Of a DNA stretch of 30,441 bases, positions 18,402 through 27,925 are shown in pieces (position 1 is the stretch's first letter; every line of letters starts with the position of its first letter). The translations under genes were made by a program, and so were the position numbers. Source of the stretch: Leptospirales bacterium (lineage in GTDB: Bacteria > Spirochaetota > Leptospiria > Turneriellales > JAOUFE01); the NCBI GenBank assembly GCA_040326155.1, contig JBEQLE010000052.1:1-30441 (forward strand). Reading direction: 5' to 3'. The notes below the pieces were generated by a model. That model worked only from the letters and a program-made list of their open reading frames with translations, was not told where the DNA came from and did not search any database.

Positions 18402-19349
18402 TCAAAAATATCGCCAGATAACACCTAGAATTAAATTACCTTTTTCCAGTAACTCCTTCGGCGGTGGGCCGAAATTTTTTGCTCTTTTGAAAGCATCGAG
18501 CAGGGAACTGTTCAGTTCGTTATACCCGAGCGATTTGTATACCTTGGCGTCTACAAAGTTGCCTTTTGCGTCGATCATAAAAACAATCCAGACATCTTGT
18601 TCTGGAAAGGGAGTGTAGCTACTGGTTCCGGGAACATTTCTGGAGTACTCGAATCTTTCGCGAAATTGACCTCCGGGGGGGTACCAGTTGTACATTATTT
18701 TTCGGAACATATTTTGAAAATAGTCATAGTGTTCCATAAATGCGGTGGGAATTTGCGGTGCTCCATCTTTACTCCAGGAGAAGGCAAATTTATCTCGAAA
18801 GTTGTAATTTTCAGGGATGGTGGTAACAGTGGAATTACCCATTTTGCTGACACCTACGCCTTTACCTTGAATTTGATCTTCTTCAACAATTTGTACGTGA
18901 AAACGGGTGTCGGAAGTCAGGTTTACTCTTTCAGCTTCTTTAACGCTTAAAGTCTCAATTAACTTTTTACCGGAAGATTTATCTCGGTCGCCGGCTTTTG
19001 CAATTCTCAGTTTATCGTAATGGGTTTTCGCTTCAAAACCTTTTTCTTCTGTAAGCTTACCCGCCGCTTCCTGGTTTTTGGTTGATAAAAACCAGACGTC
19101 AGAATCGGCTTCTTTATCTTCCGATTTCTCGGTTTCGATTAATTTGCCGCCTTTTATTCTAGTGTCGTTGCTCGATTTATCGGAAATTAAATCTTTCACG
19201 ATCATTCTTGGTAACGTAGAAAAAATAATCGGGGTTAATATAATCCACGCAGCGGTAAAAATAGAAATTAGCCAGGTTTTTTCTGAAAAATTTAACCCTT
19301 CTGGGTTCACCACGTTATGTTTTTGCTTTTTTAAAGGGATGGTTTCCAT
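18402..19349 (-). CDS. TonB/TolA C-terminal-domain membrane-anchored protein
   Basis: Single N-terminal TM helix; C-terminal RKIMYNWYPP...FMIDAKGN...SLGY.ELN...FGPPP. Start could also be 19376. Confidence 0.65.
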   Translation of the reverse strand: METIPLKKQKHNVVNPEGLNFSEKTWLISIFTAAWIILTPIIFSTLPRMIVKDLISDKSSNDTRIKGGKLIETEKSEDKEADSDVWFLSTKNQEAAGKLTEEKGFEAKTHYDKLRIAKAGDRDKSSGKKLIETLSVKEAERVNLTSDTRFHVQIVEEDQIQGKGVGVSKMGNSTVTTIPENYNFRDKFAFSWSKDGAPQIPTAFMEHYDYFQNMFRKIMYNWYPPGGQFRERFEYSRNVPGTSSYTPFPEQDVWIVFMIDAKGNFVDAKVYKSLGYNELNSSLLDAFKRAKNFGPPPKELLEKGNLILGVIWRYF

Positions 19350-20080
19350 CTTTTTCTTTTCGCCAGGTTTTTCCACTCTTCATATTGAGATTTTTTTTCA
19401 GGGTCTTCTTCGAGTTTTAACAGTTTGTCTAAATACTCTATTGCCTGGTCTCGTTCTCCCAGTTTATATGAAATGACGGAAAGTTTCCACAAAGATTCCA
19501 CATCTTGCGGAGCTATTTCAATAATTTGATTATAGAGTTTTCTACTGTTTTTTAAACTTCGTGAATGTGTTATTTCAAACAGAGCGGCCTTTTTTAAAAG
19601 GTCAATATTTTCAGGGTAGAGTTCCAGAGCGCTGTCAAACGTTCTTTGAATTAGTGTGTATTTACGCAGGTCTGTATAGTTGTCAATAAGCAATAGATAA
19701 ATTGCGGGCTGGTCCACAGATTCTTTTATGGCACGTTTTAGAATTCCCACTGCTTCGGCCTGTTGGTTATAGAGTCGATACGATTTAGCGAGCGCCTCGT
19801 AGGCTCCCAGCTTATATTTTCCTTCCAATTCAGGCAAAGCGTTTAGCAACATATTTCGAGCCATATGAACTGTGCTTGGGTTCTTAAACATCAACAACCC
19901 TTTGCCATAAAGAGCCAGAGGAAAATCTTGACTTTGTTGCAAGGCTAAATCAAAGAAGTGATAAGCGCGCATGTCCTTACCTTGTTCAAGGTATTTAAAC
20001 CCCTCTAAAGAGTTTTTTTCGGCATTGCTACAGGAGTAGAATAGGGTAGTTATAATGAATAAATAGAATATTCGTTTCAT
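19331..20080 (-). CDS. Tetratricopeptide-repeat lipoprotein
   Basis: MKRIFYLFIITTLFYS-C lipobox (start 20080) followed by TPR-like helices. Confidence 0.75.
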   Translation of the reverse strand: MKRIFYLFIITTLFYSCSNAEKNSLEGFKYLEQGKDMRAYHFFDLALQQSQDFPLALYGKGLLMFKNPSTVHMARNMLLNALPELEGKYKLGAYEALAKSYRLYNQQAEAVGILKRAIKESVDQPAIYLLLIDNYTDLRKYTLIQRTFDSALELYPENIDLLKKAALFEITHSRSLKNSRKLYNQIIEIAPQDVESLWKLSVISYKLGERDQAIEYLDKLLKLEEDPEKKSQYEEWKNLAKRKRWKPSL

Positions 20081-20123
20081 ATTAATGGAGTGTCCTTTAT
20101 TTTCATTTTGCATCATTTTTTTA

Positions 20124-21044
20124 TCAGTTCGAACGAAATTGGTTTAGATCGGGCAATACTTTGGACATTTTAGAATCGGGGATAATTTGCCAATAAGGAT
20201 TTTGGTCCGAACGAACAATAATTAGAGTACTAGAAACCTTACGAAATTCAATTTTCTCGGTAACATTGCTTTTATAGGTAATTGTGATCAGACCAATGCG
20301 GGTACCGGTTTTTTTCTGATGATAAAAATTGCCGCCTTTAAGGTCTAAAAGTTCCTGAAAAAATCGGGTTGCTGTGGCTTGCGCATTAAAATTTTCATGT
20401 CCTTGTATAATATTCCATTTACCAGCTTGTCCGGTAAGGTCGTATTGAACCCTGCCTTTTGCTATATGGACTGTGGCAATATTTTCTACCGTAAAGTTCA
20501 CCAGTTTTTTGAATCGAAAATAGTCCCTGTTTTGGTTCCATTGTCCCTGTAAATTGGCATTCACCGAATACACCGTTGTCCCTTTTTCGAGTCTGACTAA
20601 ATTCGTACCTGCTGCGGTTCCCCGGTTTCCTATATAAAAAGAACTTTTTTTACCAGAGTAATTCAGTGTAATTTTTAGTCCATTGTCAGACAAACCAAAT
20701 TCAGCAAATCGATCTGCGTTATTGGTGATGTCGTAGAACTTTTTTAATTTTTCTAAATTGGTTAATATCTCATGAATTTTGGAACTGTCTGCCTGATAAT
20801 CTTGTTGTTCCTTTTCGCCGCGTATAAGCCATTTTGAATCGACTTTTTGTAATTGGTGAATTGAATTTCCGTTTTGGGATATTTCTATAGATTCCACATC
20901 AGCGGCGTTAAAATCTTCGAGCAGGTAGGCGGCAGACGCAAACGTTTTTTCAAAAATCCGTATTGGATCGTTTTTAAGAAAAGCAAATAAGAATAAAACG
21001 AGGGCAAGTACAGTAAGCCTGATATTTATATTTTTAAAATTCAT
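20124..21044 (-). CDS. DUF4340-like exported protein
   Basis: N-terminal TM/signal, ..EFGL..., FYIG and VY.V pattern; usual position after GldG-like genes. Confidence 0.7.
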   Translation of the reverse strand: MNFKNINIRLTVLALVLFLFAFLKNDPIRIFEKTFASAAYLLEDFNAADVESIEISQNGNSIHQLQKVDSKWLIRGEKEQQDYQADSSKIHEILTNLEKLKKFYDITNNADRFAEFGLSDNGLKITLNYSGKKSSFYIGNRGTAAGTNLVRLEKGTTVYSVNANLQGQWNQNRDYFRFKKLVNFTVENIATVHIAKGRVQYDLTGQAGKWNIIQGHENFNAQATATRFFQELLDLKGGNFYHQKKTGTRIGLITITYKSNVTEKIEFRKVSSTLIIVRSDQNPYWQIIPDSKMSKVLPDLNQFRSN

Positions 21045-21045
21045 A

Positions 21046-22776
21046 TCAGTTCCTCTCCTCCGTTTTATTTTTTCCGACAGTTTCTGCCGAGCCTTTCGGG
21101 TTTTCCAGTTCTTTTGGTTCTGTTGGTTCTATTGGCTCGGCAGAAATTTCGACAGTAGATGCATAAGGTATACTCTGCATTTTTTTTCTCCCTAATAATC
21201 GTAAAACTCCATAACCAATAATGGCAAAAAGTGGTAGAAAAAAGTTTACAATATTAAACAAAGACTTTTTCCACGGAAGAATTTGATGTAGTACCGGCAA
21301 AACGACTTTACGGCTACGAGCTTGCACCAACTCGTCGAGTCCACTCATAACATCGAGTGATGAAAGAAAAAAGTTTAAATTTAGTAAATGGCTAATTTGT
21401 ATAAATGCGTAGCTAAACATATAGGGTGTGCCCGTTACTACAATTTGAGCCGGAGCCTGGCTCTCTTTAATAATCGTTTTTTCAGAATTTTGGTAGGACT
21501 GGTTTTGCGCAAAAAAGCTTTTGAACTTTCCTTTAATATGCATTGCTATATTATACTTTCCTGTGTCAGGACGTGTGGGGTTAAGCAACTGAGCCTGCAC
21601 AACATTGGGGTCTATATTGATGTTGCCTTTTTGCAACCATGCATTGTCCGTCGTACTCGCAAGTTGTACCATCTCAAGTTCCATGGCTTTTTCTTTGTTA
21701 AAGCGGACTGGACTTACCCACGGAAAAATCACGTCTTTCATATTTTCGGTAATTACACTTGCAGTTGAAAGGCCGTCTTGTTTGACTCGTACCCACATTG
21801 GGTATTTCCATTGCCGACGATTATAAGAGTCGCTTCCCACTTCCATTGGAATAAAGTTTTCGGGTTCGAGTAGTAGCGCGGGTTCTATTTCGATTCCATA
21901 ATGAGCAAAGAAGGAGAGTAGGTCTGGGTCAACAGGTCTACTGACTCCTTTTTGAATATCAATTTGTATTCCTGCCATGGCAAGCAGTAGCTTTCCGCCT
22001 TTTAAAATGAACTGGTCTATGGTAAGTTTTTCCGCTTCGCTCAGTGACTCGGGTTGTATTATAATCAGGGTAGAAATATCATTGGGAAAATTTTCGCCAT
22101 TTACAGAAACTAGTTCTCCGTAAAAAGGTTCCAGGCTTTCGACAAGGGAGCCAAGCGCGATGTACGGGTTTTGTTGTTCAGATGTAGAAAACATAGTGTT
22201 CGCGGTCCATATTCCCACCTTGCGCAGACCAGGGTAAGCCATTTTGTAAATTCGCGCTGTAATATTATATTCAAGAACAGAACCGGAGGCGCTTATTATA
22301 TCGGGTATAATTTCAGTTTTATCTTCATACGAAAGCGCCAGTGAAAAATAGACACTACTAATCTGTTGTGTATTTCCACCCTGTGCTCCGATGGGGCGGG
22401 GGCGAATACCCAGACTTCTCGCCCTTTCTCTAATTTCCCCTTCTTGAGAGGGGTCGGAGCCAGAATCATTGTCGGGATTCAAAAACCGAAGTCGCACTTT
22501 ACCGGATGAACCTGCTGCGTACTCAGTTAGAAAGTCGCGAAGTTGTTTTACTGGTTGTATAAATTCATCAGGGTACTCTTCGGAGAAAAAAGCTTCTATG
22601 GTTATTTTGCCGGGCAGGTTTTCTAAAATTCCTTGTGTGGAATTTGTAATTTTAAAACGTCCCGAAGCTGAAAGATCGTACCGCCAGTTAAACCCGTAGC
22701 TTAACCAGTTTAAAGAGGCGAATATAAGCACGATTAAAATCGTTGTAACAAGTTTTGAGTTTTTGAATTTTTCCAT
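21046..22776 (-). CDS. GldG-like ABC transporter auxiliary component
   Basis: RYDLS..GRFK.T.ST..IL, IDQFILKGG and NLNFFLSSLD motifs; N- and C-terminal TM helices. Confidence 0.82.
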   Translation of the reverse strand: MEKFKNSKLVTTILIVLIFASLNWLSYGFNWRYDLSASGRFKITNSTQGILENLPGKITIEAFFSEEYPDEFIQPVKQLRDFLTEYAAGSSGKVRLRFLNPDNDSGSDPSQEGEIRERARSLGIRPRPIGAQGGNTQQISSVYFSLALSYEDKTEIIPDIISASGSVLEYNITARIYKMAYPGLRKVGIWTANTMFSTSEQQNPYIALGSLVESLEPFYGELVSVNGENFPNDISTLIIIQPESLSEAEKLTIDQFILKGGKLLLAMAGIQIDIQKGVSRPVDPDLLSFFAHYGIEIEPALLLEPENFIPMEVGSDSYNRRQWKYPMWVRVKQDGLSTASVITENMKDVIFPWVSPVRFNKEKAMELEMVQLASTTDNAWLQKGNINIDPNVVQAQLLNPTRPDTGKYNIAMHIKGKFKSFFAQNQSYQNSEKTIIKESQAPAQIVVTGTPYMFSYAFIQISHLLNLNFFLSSLDVMSGLDELVQARSRKVVLPVLHQILPWKKSLFNIVNFFLPLFAIIGYGVLRLLGRKKMQSIPYASTVEISAEPIEPTEPKELENPKGSAETVGKNKTEERN

Positions 22777-22784
22777 AGGGATTT

Positions 22785-23534
22785 TTATCTTCTTTTCTCA
22801 ATACTGCGATAATTTAAATACAGAAAAAGTGTACTAAAACTGATAAAATAAATAATATCTCGAAGGTCAAATATGCCTCTGGAAATCGATTCGAAGTGCC
22901 AACTTACAGACATGTAAGCGACAATCGCACTAAACGGTTTAATCAATTTTAGAAAATCAGCATATCCCATAATAAAAAGTAGGAAAAAAAGAGCACTGGC
23001 GAATAAGAATGCGACAATCTGATCTTGGGTAAGCCACGAGATAAAAAGTCCGAGTGCGGTATAGGTCGCAGCGAGAAGAAACACTCCAAGGTATCCACCT
23101 ATAATTAACATCCAGTCGGGTTCGCCGATCATTTCAATACTGAAGGGAATAAACAATGTTGTTACAAGAGCGATGGCAATAAACGAGAGGGCGGAAAAAT
23201 ATTTTCCTAAAATTAATTCCCAGGTGGAGTAGGGTAGCGTGAACAATATTTCTACAGTACCAGATTTTTTTTCCTCAGCCCAGAGTCGCATGGTTACCGC
23301 AGGTATAAAAAATAAAAACAATATACGTAGCCATGAAAAAAAAGTGTCCATGGTGGCCATATTCATTTCCCAGAATTTTCCGGGAAAAAAGAACATGAAA
23401 TTTATAGAAAGGCTGAAGATGCCTAAAAACACATAACCAATAGTGGTATTAAAGTAATTTTCAAACTCTCGGGAATAAATGTTTTTAATTTTACTCCAGG
23501 AGACTTCTTTTGTTTGTTTCTCGGCAACACTCAT
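22785..23534 (-). CDS. ABC-2 permease (GldF-like)
   Basis: PAVTMRLWAEEKKSGTVEILFTLP and HFESISRG motifs. Confidence 0.9.
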   Translation of the reverse strand: MSVAEKQTKEVSWSKIKNIYSREFENYFNTTIGYVFLGIFSLSINFMFFFPGKFWEMNMATMDTFFSWLRILFLFFIPAVTMRLWAEEKKSGTVEILFTLPYSTWELILGKYFSALSFIAIALVTTLFIPFSIEMIGEPDWMLIIGGYLGVFLLAATYTALGLFISWLTQDQIVAFLFASALFFLLFIMGYADFLKLIKPFSAIVAYMSVSWHFESISRGIFDLRDIIYFISFSTLFLYLNYRSIEKRR

Positions 23535-24466
23535 TTTTTGCCCCTGGTAAGATCTCTAAACACATCTTCGAGGGACTCTTTCTCGGCGTAAAGCTCTCTT
23601 AGAATCCACCCTTTTTCAACCGCTGCCCGGTAAACCCTCTCGCCGTGATGAGCCGGTGATTGCAATATAATAACTGTTTCTTGTTCGCTCGTTGAAATTA
23701 AACTCACTGTTTCGTGTGGTTCAGTAAAAATGTTTTTTAAAGTCTCGGCGCTTTCAGGATGGCTGCCTTTTATACGGACATGTATTTTGTATCCACCCCG
23801 ACTAAGTTCATTTAGTTTTTCCAGTGGCGAATCGAGTACAATTTCCCCATCTGAAATGATAATGGCTCTTTGCGCTATATTTTCAATTTCACTTAAAATA
23901 TGGGTACTTAAAATAATGGTTTTTTCTTTCGCCAGTTCTTTAATCAGGTTTTGAATTTCAATAATCTGATTCGGGTCTAGCCCAGAAGTGGGCTCATCTA
24001 ATATTAAAATAGAAGGGTTGTGCGTCAGCGTTGCCGCTAAACAGACACGTTGTTTATATCCTTTGGACAAATAGGAAATTGGCGCGTTAAAATATTTTCC
24101 AATGCCAGTGGCCTGCACAGCATAATCAATACCGGACGTTATTTCATTCGGTTCTAGTTCAAAAGAGCCGGCAATAAAAGACAGATAATCTGAAACCAGC
24201 ATGTCGTGGTACATAGCCCCGCTTTCTGGCAGATACCCAACTGTCTTTTTAATTTGTTTCAAGTTGTTATGTAGCGCAACACCATCGATTTCAATTTGTC
24301 CTTTGGTGGGCTTATAATACCCGGTTAGAAGTCGCATCGTCGTCGTTTTACCAGCGCCATTTGGTCCGAGAAGACCGACCAGCTCGCCTGGCTTTATTTC
24401 AAAACTCACATGTTTTAAAGCATCAACGGCCCCAAACGATTTACAAAGATTGCTCGCCTTTATCAC
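23531..24466 (-). CDS. ABC transporter ATP-binding protein (GldA-like)
   Basis: Walker A GPNGAGKTT, signature LSKGYKQR, Walker B ILILDEP. Probable start is GTG 24466. Confidence 0.93.
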   Translation of the reverse strand: MIKASNLCKSFGAVDALKHVSFEIKPGELVGLLGPNGAGKTTTMRLLTGYYKPTKGQIEIDGVALHNNLKQIKKTVGYLPESGAMYHDMLVSDYLSFIAGSFELEPNEITSGIDYAVQATGIGKYFNAPISYLSKGYKQRVCLAATLTHNPSILILDEPTSGLDPNQIIEIQNLIKELAKEKTIILSTHILSEIENIAQRAIIISDGEIVLDSPLEKLNELSRGGYKIHVRIKGSHPESAETLKNIFTEPHETVSLISTSEQETVIILQSPAHHGERVYRAAVEKGWILRELYAEKESLEDVFRDLTRGKK

Positions 24467-24675
24467 TTTCCAAAAAAAACCAACAATGAATCTGCCCGTC
24501 AACTGAATTTTAGTGCGCATGGACGCTTTATTAAAGAAGAGAATACATTAAAAAGGGGGCGAAGGTATGATGGTCCATCGGTTATAAACCCCAAACCCCC
24601 TTCCGCTTCGGCTATTTACGAACCGCCCGTTCGCGGCGGTTCAAAAATGATCCTGCGCTTAACCCCCTTTAGTGC

Positions 24676-24949
24676 ACAAAAAAATCCTTCGGTTTTTTTG
24701 TGTCGCTTCGTTCGATTGTAGTTTGAAGTTTTTTTCGTAAAAAAACGTGGTTTTTTTACGACCGCTTCGTGGTAATTCATTTACAAAAAAATCCTACGGT
24801 TTATCTGTGTCGCTTCGTTCGATTGTAGTTTGAAGTTTTTTTTGTAAACAAACGTGGTTTTTTTACGAGCGCTTCGTGGTAATTCATTTACAAAAAAATC
24901 CTACGGTTTATCTGTGTCGCTTCGTTCAATTATCGTTTGAAGTTTTTTT
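24676..24949. repeat. 107-bp tandem repeat (~2.5 copies) built of hairpins
   Basis: Copies start at 24676, 24783 and 24890. Each unit has two A/T-tract hairpins, each followed by CGCTTCGT. Confidence 0.9.
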
Positions 24950-25177
24950 GGTGAGAATTTACCCACCAACAGATATAGCCTTGTGTAATTCCTCAAGTTG
25001 AGCAGGGTATTACACCATCCGCAAGGGATACTCGTCTGATCGGGGTCAGAAAATATCGATCGGTGGGTAAAAACAGACCATGATTTTATGACTAATAGAT
25101 GGCCCCCTTTCAATTCTTTGTTGGGAAATTGTTTAAAAATCTGGTTGTCACAGGATTGCAAAAATGGACAAACGGTT

Positions 25178-26662
25178 ATGTCAAAGTATTATAAAAACCT
25201 GGGTGAATTTATTGCCTATTTAAAAAAGAGTGAAGATCTTATTGAAATTGAGGATGAGGTCGATCCGTTTCTGGAAGTAACTGAAATTTCGGACAGGGCG
25301 GTCAAAGATGGTAAAGAGGCGTTGTTATTTAATAACGTGAAAGGGGCGAAGTTTCCGCTCGTGATGAATCTGTTCGGGGCAAAGTCTCGCATGGAGGCGG
25401 GGCTCGGTGTAACCGATTTGAACGAGATTGGCGATCGCATTCGCAAGATGTTTAAACTGAAACCACCCAAGAGCTTTTCGGAAAAAATCGACCTTTTGCC
25501 AAAGCTAATGGAAGTTACAAAATTTCCCCCTAAAGTGGTTAAAAAAGGAGCTTCCCAGGAGGTTGTTACTGTTGGTGAGGATGTCAATCTGGACGAGATT
25601 CCGATTATTACCTGTTGGCCGAAAGACGCCGGTCCTTTTATTACGCTCCCTATGGTTATTACAAAAGACCCCGACGAGGGTAAGCACAACATCGGTATGT
25701 ACCGGATGCAAAAATATGATGCGAAGACGACGGGGATGCACTGGCACCTTCACAAGGGTGGGGCGAAACACTACCGTAGATACAAAGAGCTTGGTATAAA
25801 GAAGATGCCTGTGGCTGTTGCCATAGGGTGTGACCCTGCAAGCATGTATTCGGCGAGCGCTCCTTTGCCTCCAGAAATTGATGAGTTTTTGTTTGCGGGT
25901 TTTCTGCGTGGTAAAAATGTCGAGCTGCTGAAGGCCACGCAAAGTGATCTGCTGGTTCCTGCCGAGGCAGAATTTATTTTGGAGGGTTATGTCGACACCG
26001 AAGAAGAGTTGCGCACCGAAGGAATGTTTGGTGATCATACAGGTTTTTACTCCCTGGCTGATCTTTACCCGACTTTTCATGTAACCGCGATTACTCGAAA
26101 GAAGAATCCGGTTTACCCTGCGACAATTGTGGGTCGTCCTCCCATGGAAGATGCCTGGATGGCTTTTGCCACCGAAAGAATTTTTCTGGCCCTTACCCAG
26201 CTGTTAATTCCTGAAGTGAGCGATTTTCATCTGCCACCCGAAGGGACTTTTCATAACCTGGTTTTTGTCTCTATTAAAAAAGAGTATCCTGGTCAGGCTT
26301 ACAAAGTGATGCAGGCTCTCTGGGGTCTTGGCCTAATGTCTTTGACTAAAGTGATTGTTGTGGTCGACGATGTCATCGACGTGCAAAAACCCTACGACGC
26401 ATGGTGGTATACCCTGGCCAATATCGATCCCCAGCGCGACGTCATGTTCACCAAAGGCCCCACCGACGTACTTGACCACGCCTCCAGCGAATTCGCCTTC
26501 CATAGCAAAATGGGAATCGACGGCACCAAAAAAATGCCCGAAGAAGGCTTCAAGCGCGAGTGGCCCGATATTATAGAGATGGACGAAACGGTGAAGAAAC
26601 GTGTAGATGGAATATATGATGGTTTGATGAAAGACTCGAAGCGTGGGGGCGGGTTTCGGTAA
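25178..26662 (+). CDS. ubiD: UbiD-family (prFMN) decarboxylase, menaquinone-biosynthesis type
   Basis: NIGMYRMQ, EGMFGDHTGFY, GRPPMED, DVLDHAS and KMGIDGTKK motifs. Likely start is ATG 25178. Confidence 0.93.
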   Translation: MSKYYKNLGEFIAYLKKSEDLIEIEDEVDPFLEVTEISDRAVKDGKEALLFNNVKGAKFPLVMNLFGAKSRMEAGLGVTDLNEIGDRIRKMFKLKPPKSFSEKIDLLPKLMEVTKFPPKVVKKGASQEVVTVGEDVNLDEIPIITCWPKDAGPFITLPMVITKDPDEGKHNIGMYRMQKYDAKTTGMHWHLHKGGAKHYRRYKELGIKKMPVAVAIGCDPASMYSASAPLPPEIDEFLFAGFLRGKNVELLKATQSDLLVPAEAEFILEGYVDTEEELRTEGMFGDHTGFYSLADLYPTFHVTAITRKKNPVYPATIVGRPPMEDAWMAFATERIFLALTQLLIPEVSDFHLPPEGTFHNLVFVSIKKEYPGQAYKVMQALWGLGLMSLTKVIVVVDDVIDVQKPYDAWWYTLANIDPQRDVMFTKGPTDVLDHASSEFAFHSKMGIDGTKKMPEEGFKREWPDIIEMDETVKKRVDGIYDGLMKDSKRGGGFR

Positions 26663-26690
26663 ACTTTTGCGCTGTTTACAATAAAGAAAG

Positions 26691-26910
26691 ATTTTATAAG
26701 GAATACAGGAAGGGAGACAGGAATTGCAGGAAGGGAAAATGAAGAGGTGTCATGTTTTTTGATGGCAAATTATTTTGGACTAATATCGAACGGTTCAGCA
26801 TAAATAAAGAAGACCGATTTACAGGTTAAAAGATCTTGAATGAACTCAACACTTAGTCTTCTTGTCTTTTCTTTTCATGGCTTCCTTTCTTCCTGCTTTC
26901 CTTGTAAAAT
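26691..26910. repeat. MITE-like element, second family member
   Basis: ATTTTATAAGGAATACAGGAAG (26691-26712) vs CTTCCTGCTTTCCTTGTAAAAT (26889-26910), 19/22 match; left end resembles 13075-13115. Confidence 0.65.
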
Positions 26911-26929
26911 TCCCCTCTTCTCTTTCTAC

Positions 26930-27667
26930 CTAATGACTAAACAATAACGATACAACATACATAAGACCTACGCCCAGAAATACCATCGGTATGTTTGACT
27001 TGCGGTGGTTTTTGTGGGTTTCGGGAAGAAGATCAGACGCGCCTATGTATATAAACGAGCCGGCTGAAATCGCCAGGAAAACACCGAGAAGTTCCGGTGA
27101 GGTTTTTAGAAAAACGGAGAAAGCAAGAATTGCTCCTGCAGGGGTGGCCAGGGCGATTAAAGAACCAAGCAGGATGGTTTTTCTTTTCGGGTAATGGTCG
27201 TGCATGAGCATAGCCGTAATACTGACCCCGACGGGAAATTTGTGCAGTAAAACTCCGAAGGCTGCTGCAAACCCGATGGGGGCTGAAGCTTCAAAACCGA
27301 CCCCGATAATAAATCCATCCAAAAGAGAGTGAAACGCCATGCCAGTGAAGGCGACCGAACCCATTGTATGCACTTCGCAATCTTCTTCTTTGCAATGGTG
27401 AATTACAAGCACATGTTCCAGGGAGTAAAACCCCAATAAAGTGAAAAGAACTGCGGTAAGTGAAACCGGGGAGTGTTCCAGAGCTTCGGGTATTAAATGA
27501 AGAAAGGCAATCGTTAAAACAACTCCGGCTGAAAAACTGACAAAGTGAATCGAGTTTCGAGCAGTCCACTTTTTATTGAAAAGCATTAATGCTACTCCAG
27601 CCAGGGTTGAAAAGGCCGCAACGGCAGAGTAAAATATTGTATTTAGTAATTGAGATTCCCAGATCAT
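26930..27667 (-). CDS. ZIP-family metal transporter
   Basis: SFSAGV, HLIPEA, His-rich loop, FHSLLDG, LLHKFP and SDLLPE motifs. Confidence 0.92.
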   Translation of the reverse strand: MIWESQLLNTIFYSAVAAFSTLAGVALMLFNKKWTARNSIHFVSFSAGVVLTIAFLHLIPEALEHSPVSLTAVLFTLLGFYSLEHVLVIHHCKEEDCEVHTMGSVAFTGMAFHSLLDGFIIGVGFEASAPIGFAAAFGVLLHKFPVGVSITAMLMHDHYPKRKTILLGSLIALATPAGAILAFSVFLKTSPELLGVFLAISAGSFIYIGASDLLPETHKNHRKSNIPMVFLGVGLMYVVSLLFSH

Positions 27668-27765
27668 AATTTTGCTTTCGTCGGTTTAAAGTTGGCTCAG
27701 GTGGTATAACAAGGTAATGAATTGTAACGCTTTTGCCAATATATTTTAGAACATATTGAGATTTT

Positions 27766-27834
27766 GGTCGGAAATTCCCCATCTGGTTTACGCAGTTTCG
27801 CGGCTGTGTCGATGTCGGTGGGGATTTTCAGACC
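27766..27834. repeat. Inverted-repeat element (18-bp arms)
   Basis: 27766-27783 and 27817-27834 are 15/18 complementary; a third arm is at 2257-2274. Confidence 0.6.
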
Positions 27835-27925
27835 TATAACATCCCTTGTTCGAAAAACACCCCCCCCAAGAACTTAATATCTGAAAAAACATTGACAACA
27901 GGTGGACAACTCATGCCTTACAATT

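Noticed and set aside
24676..24949. CRISPR array
   Set aside because: Whole units are duplicated with no unique spacers, and there are no cas genes in the window.
25216..26576. Antisense and alternate-frame ORFs within ubiD (and similar ones in flgG, flgI, ilvD and the ABC genes)
   Set aside because: They are shadow ORFs of well-supported genes with no independent coding signal.
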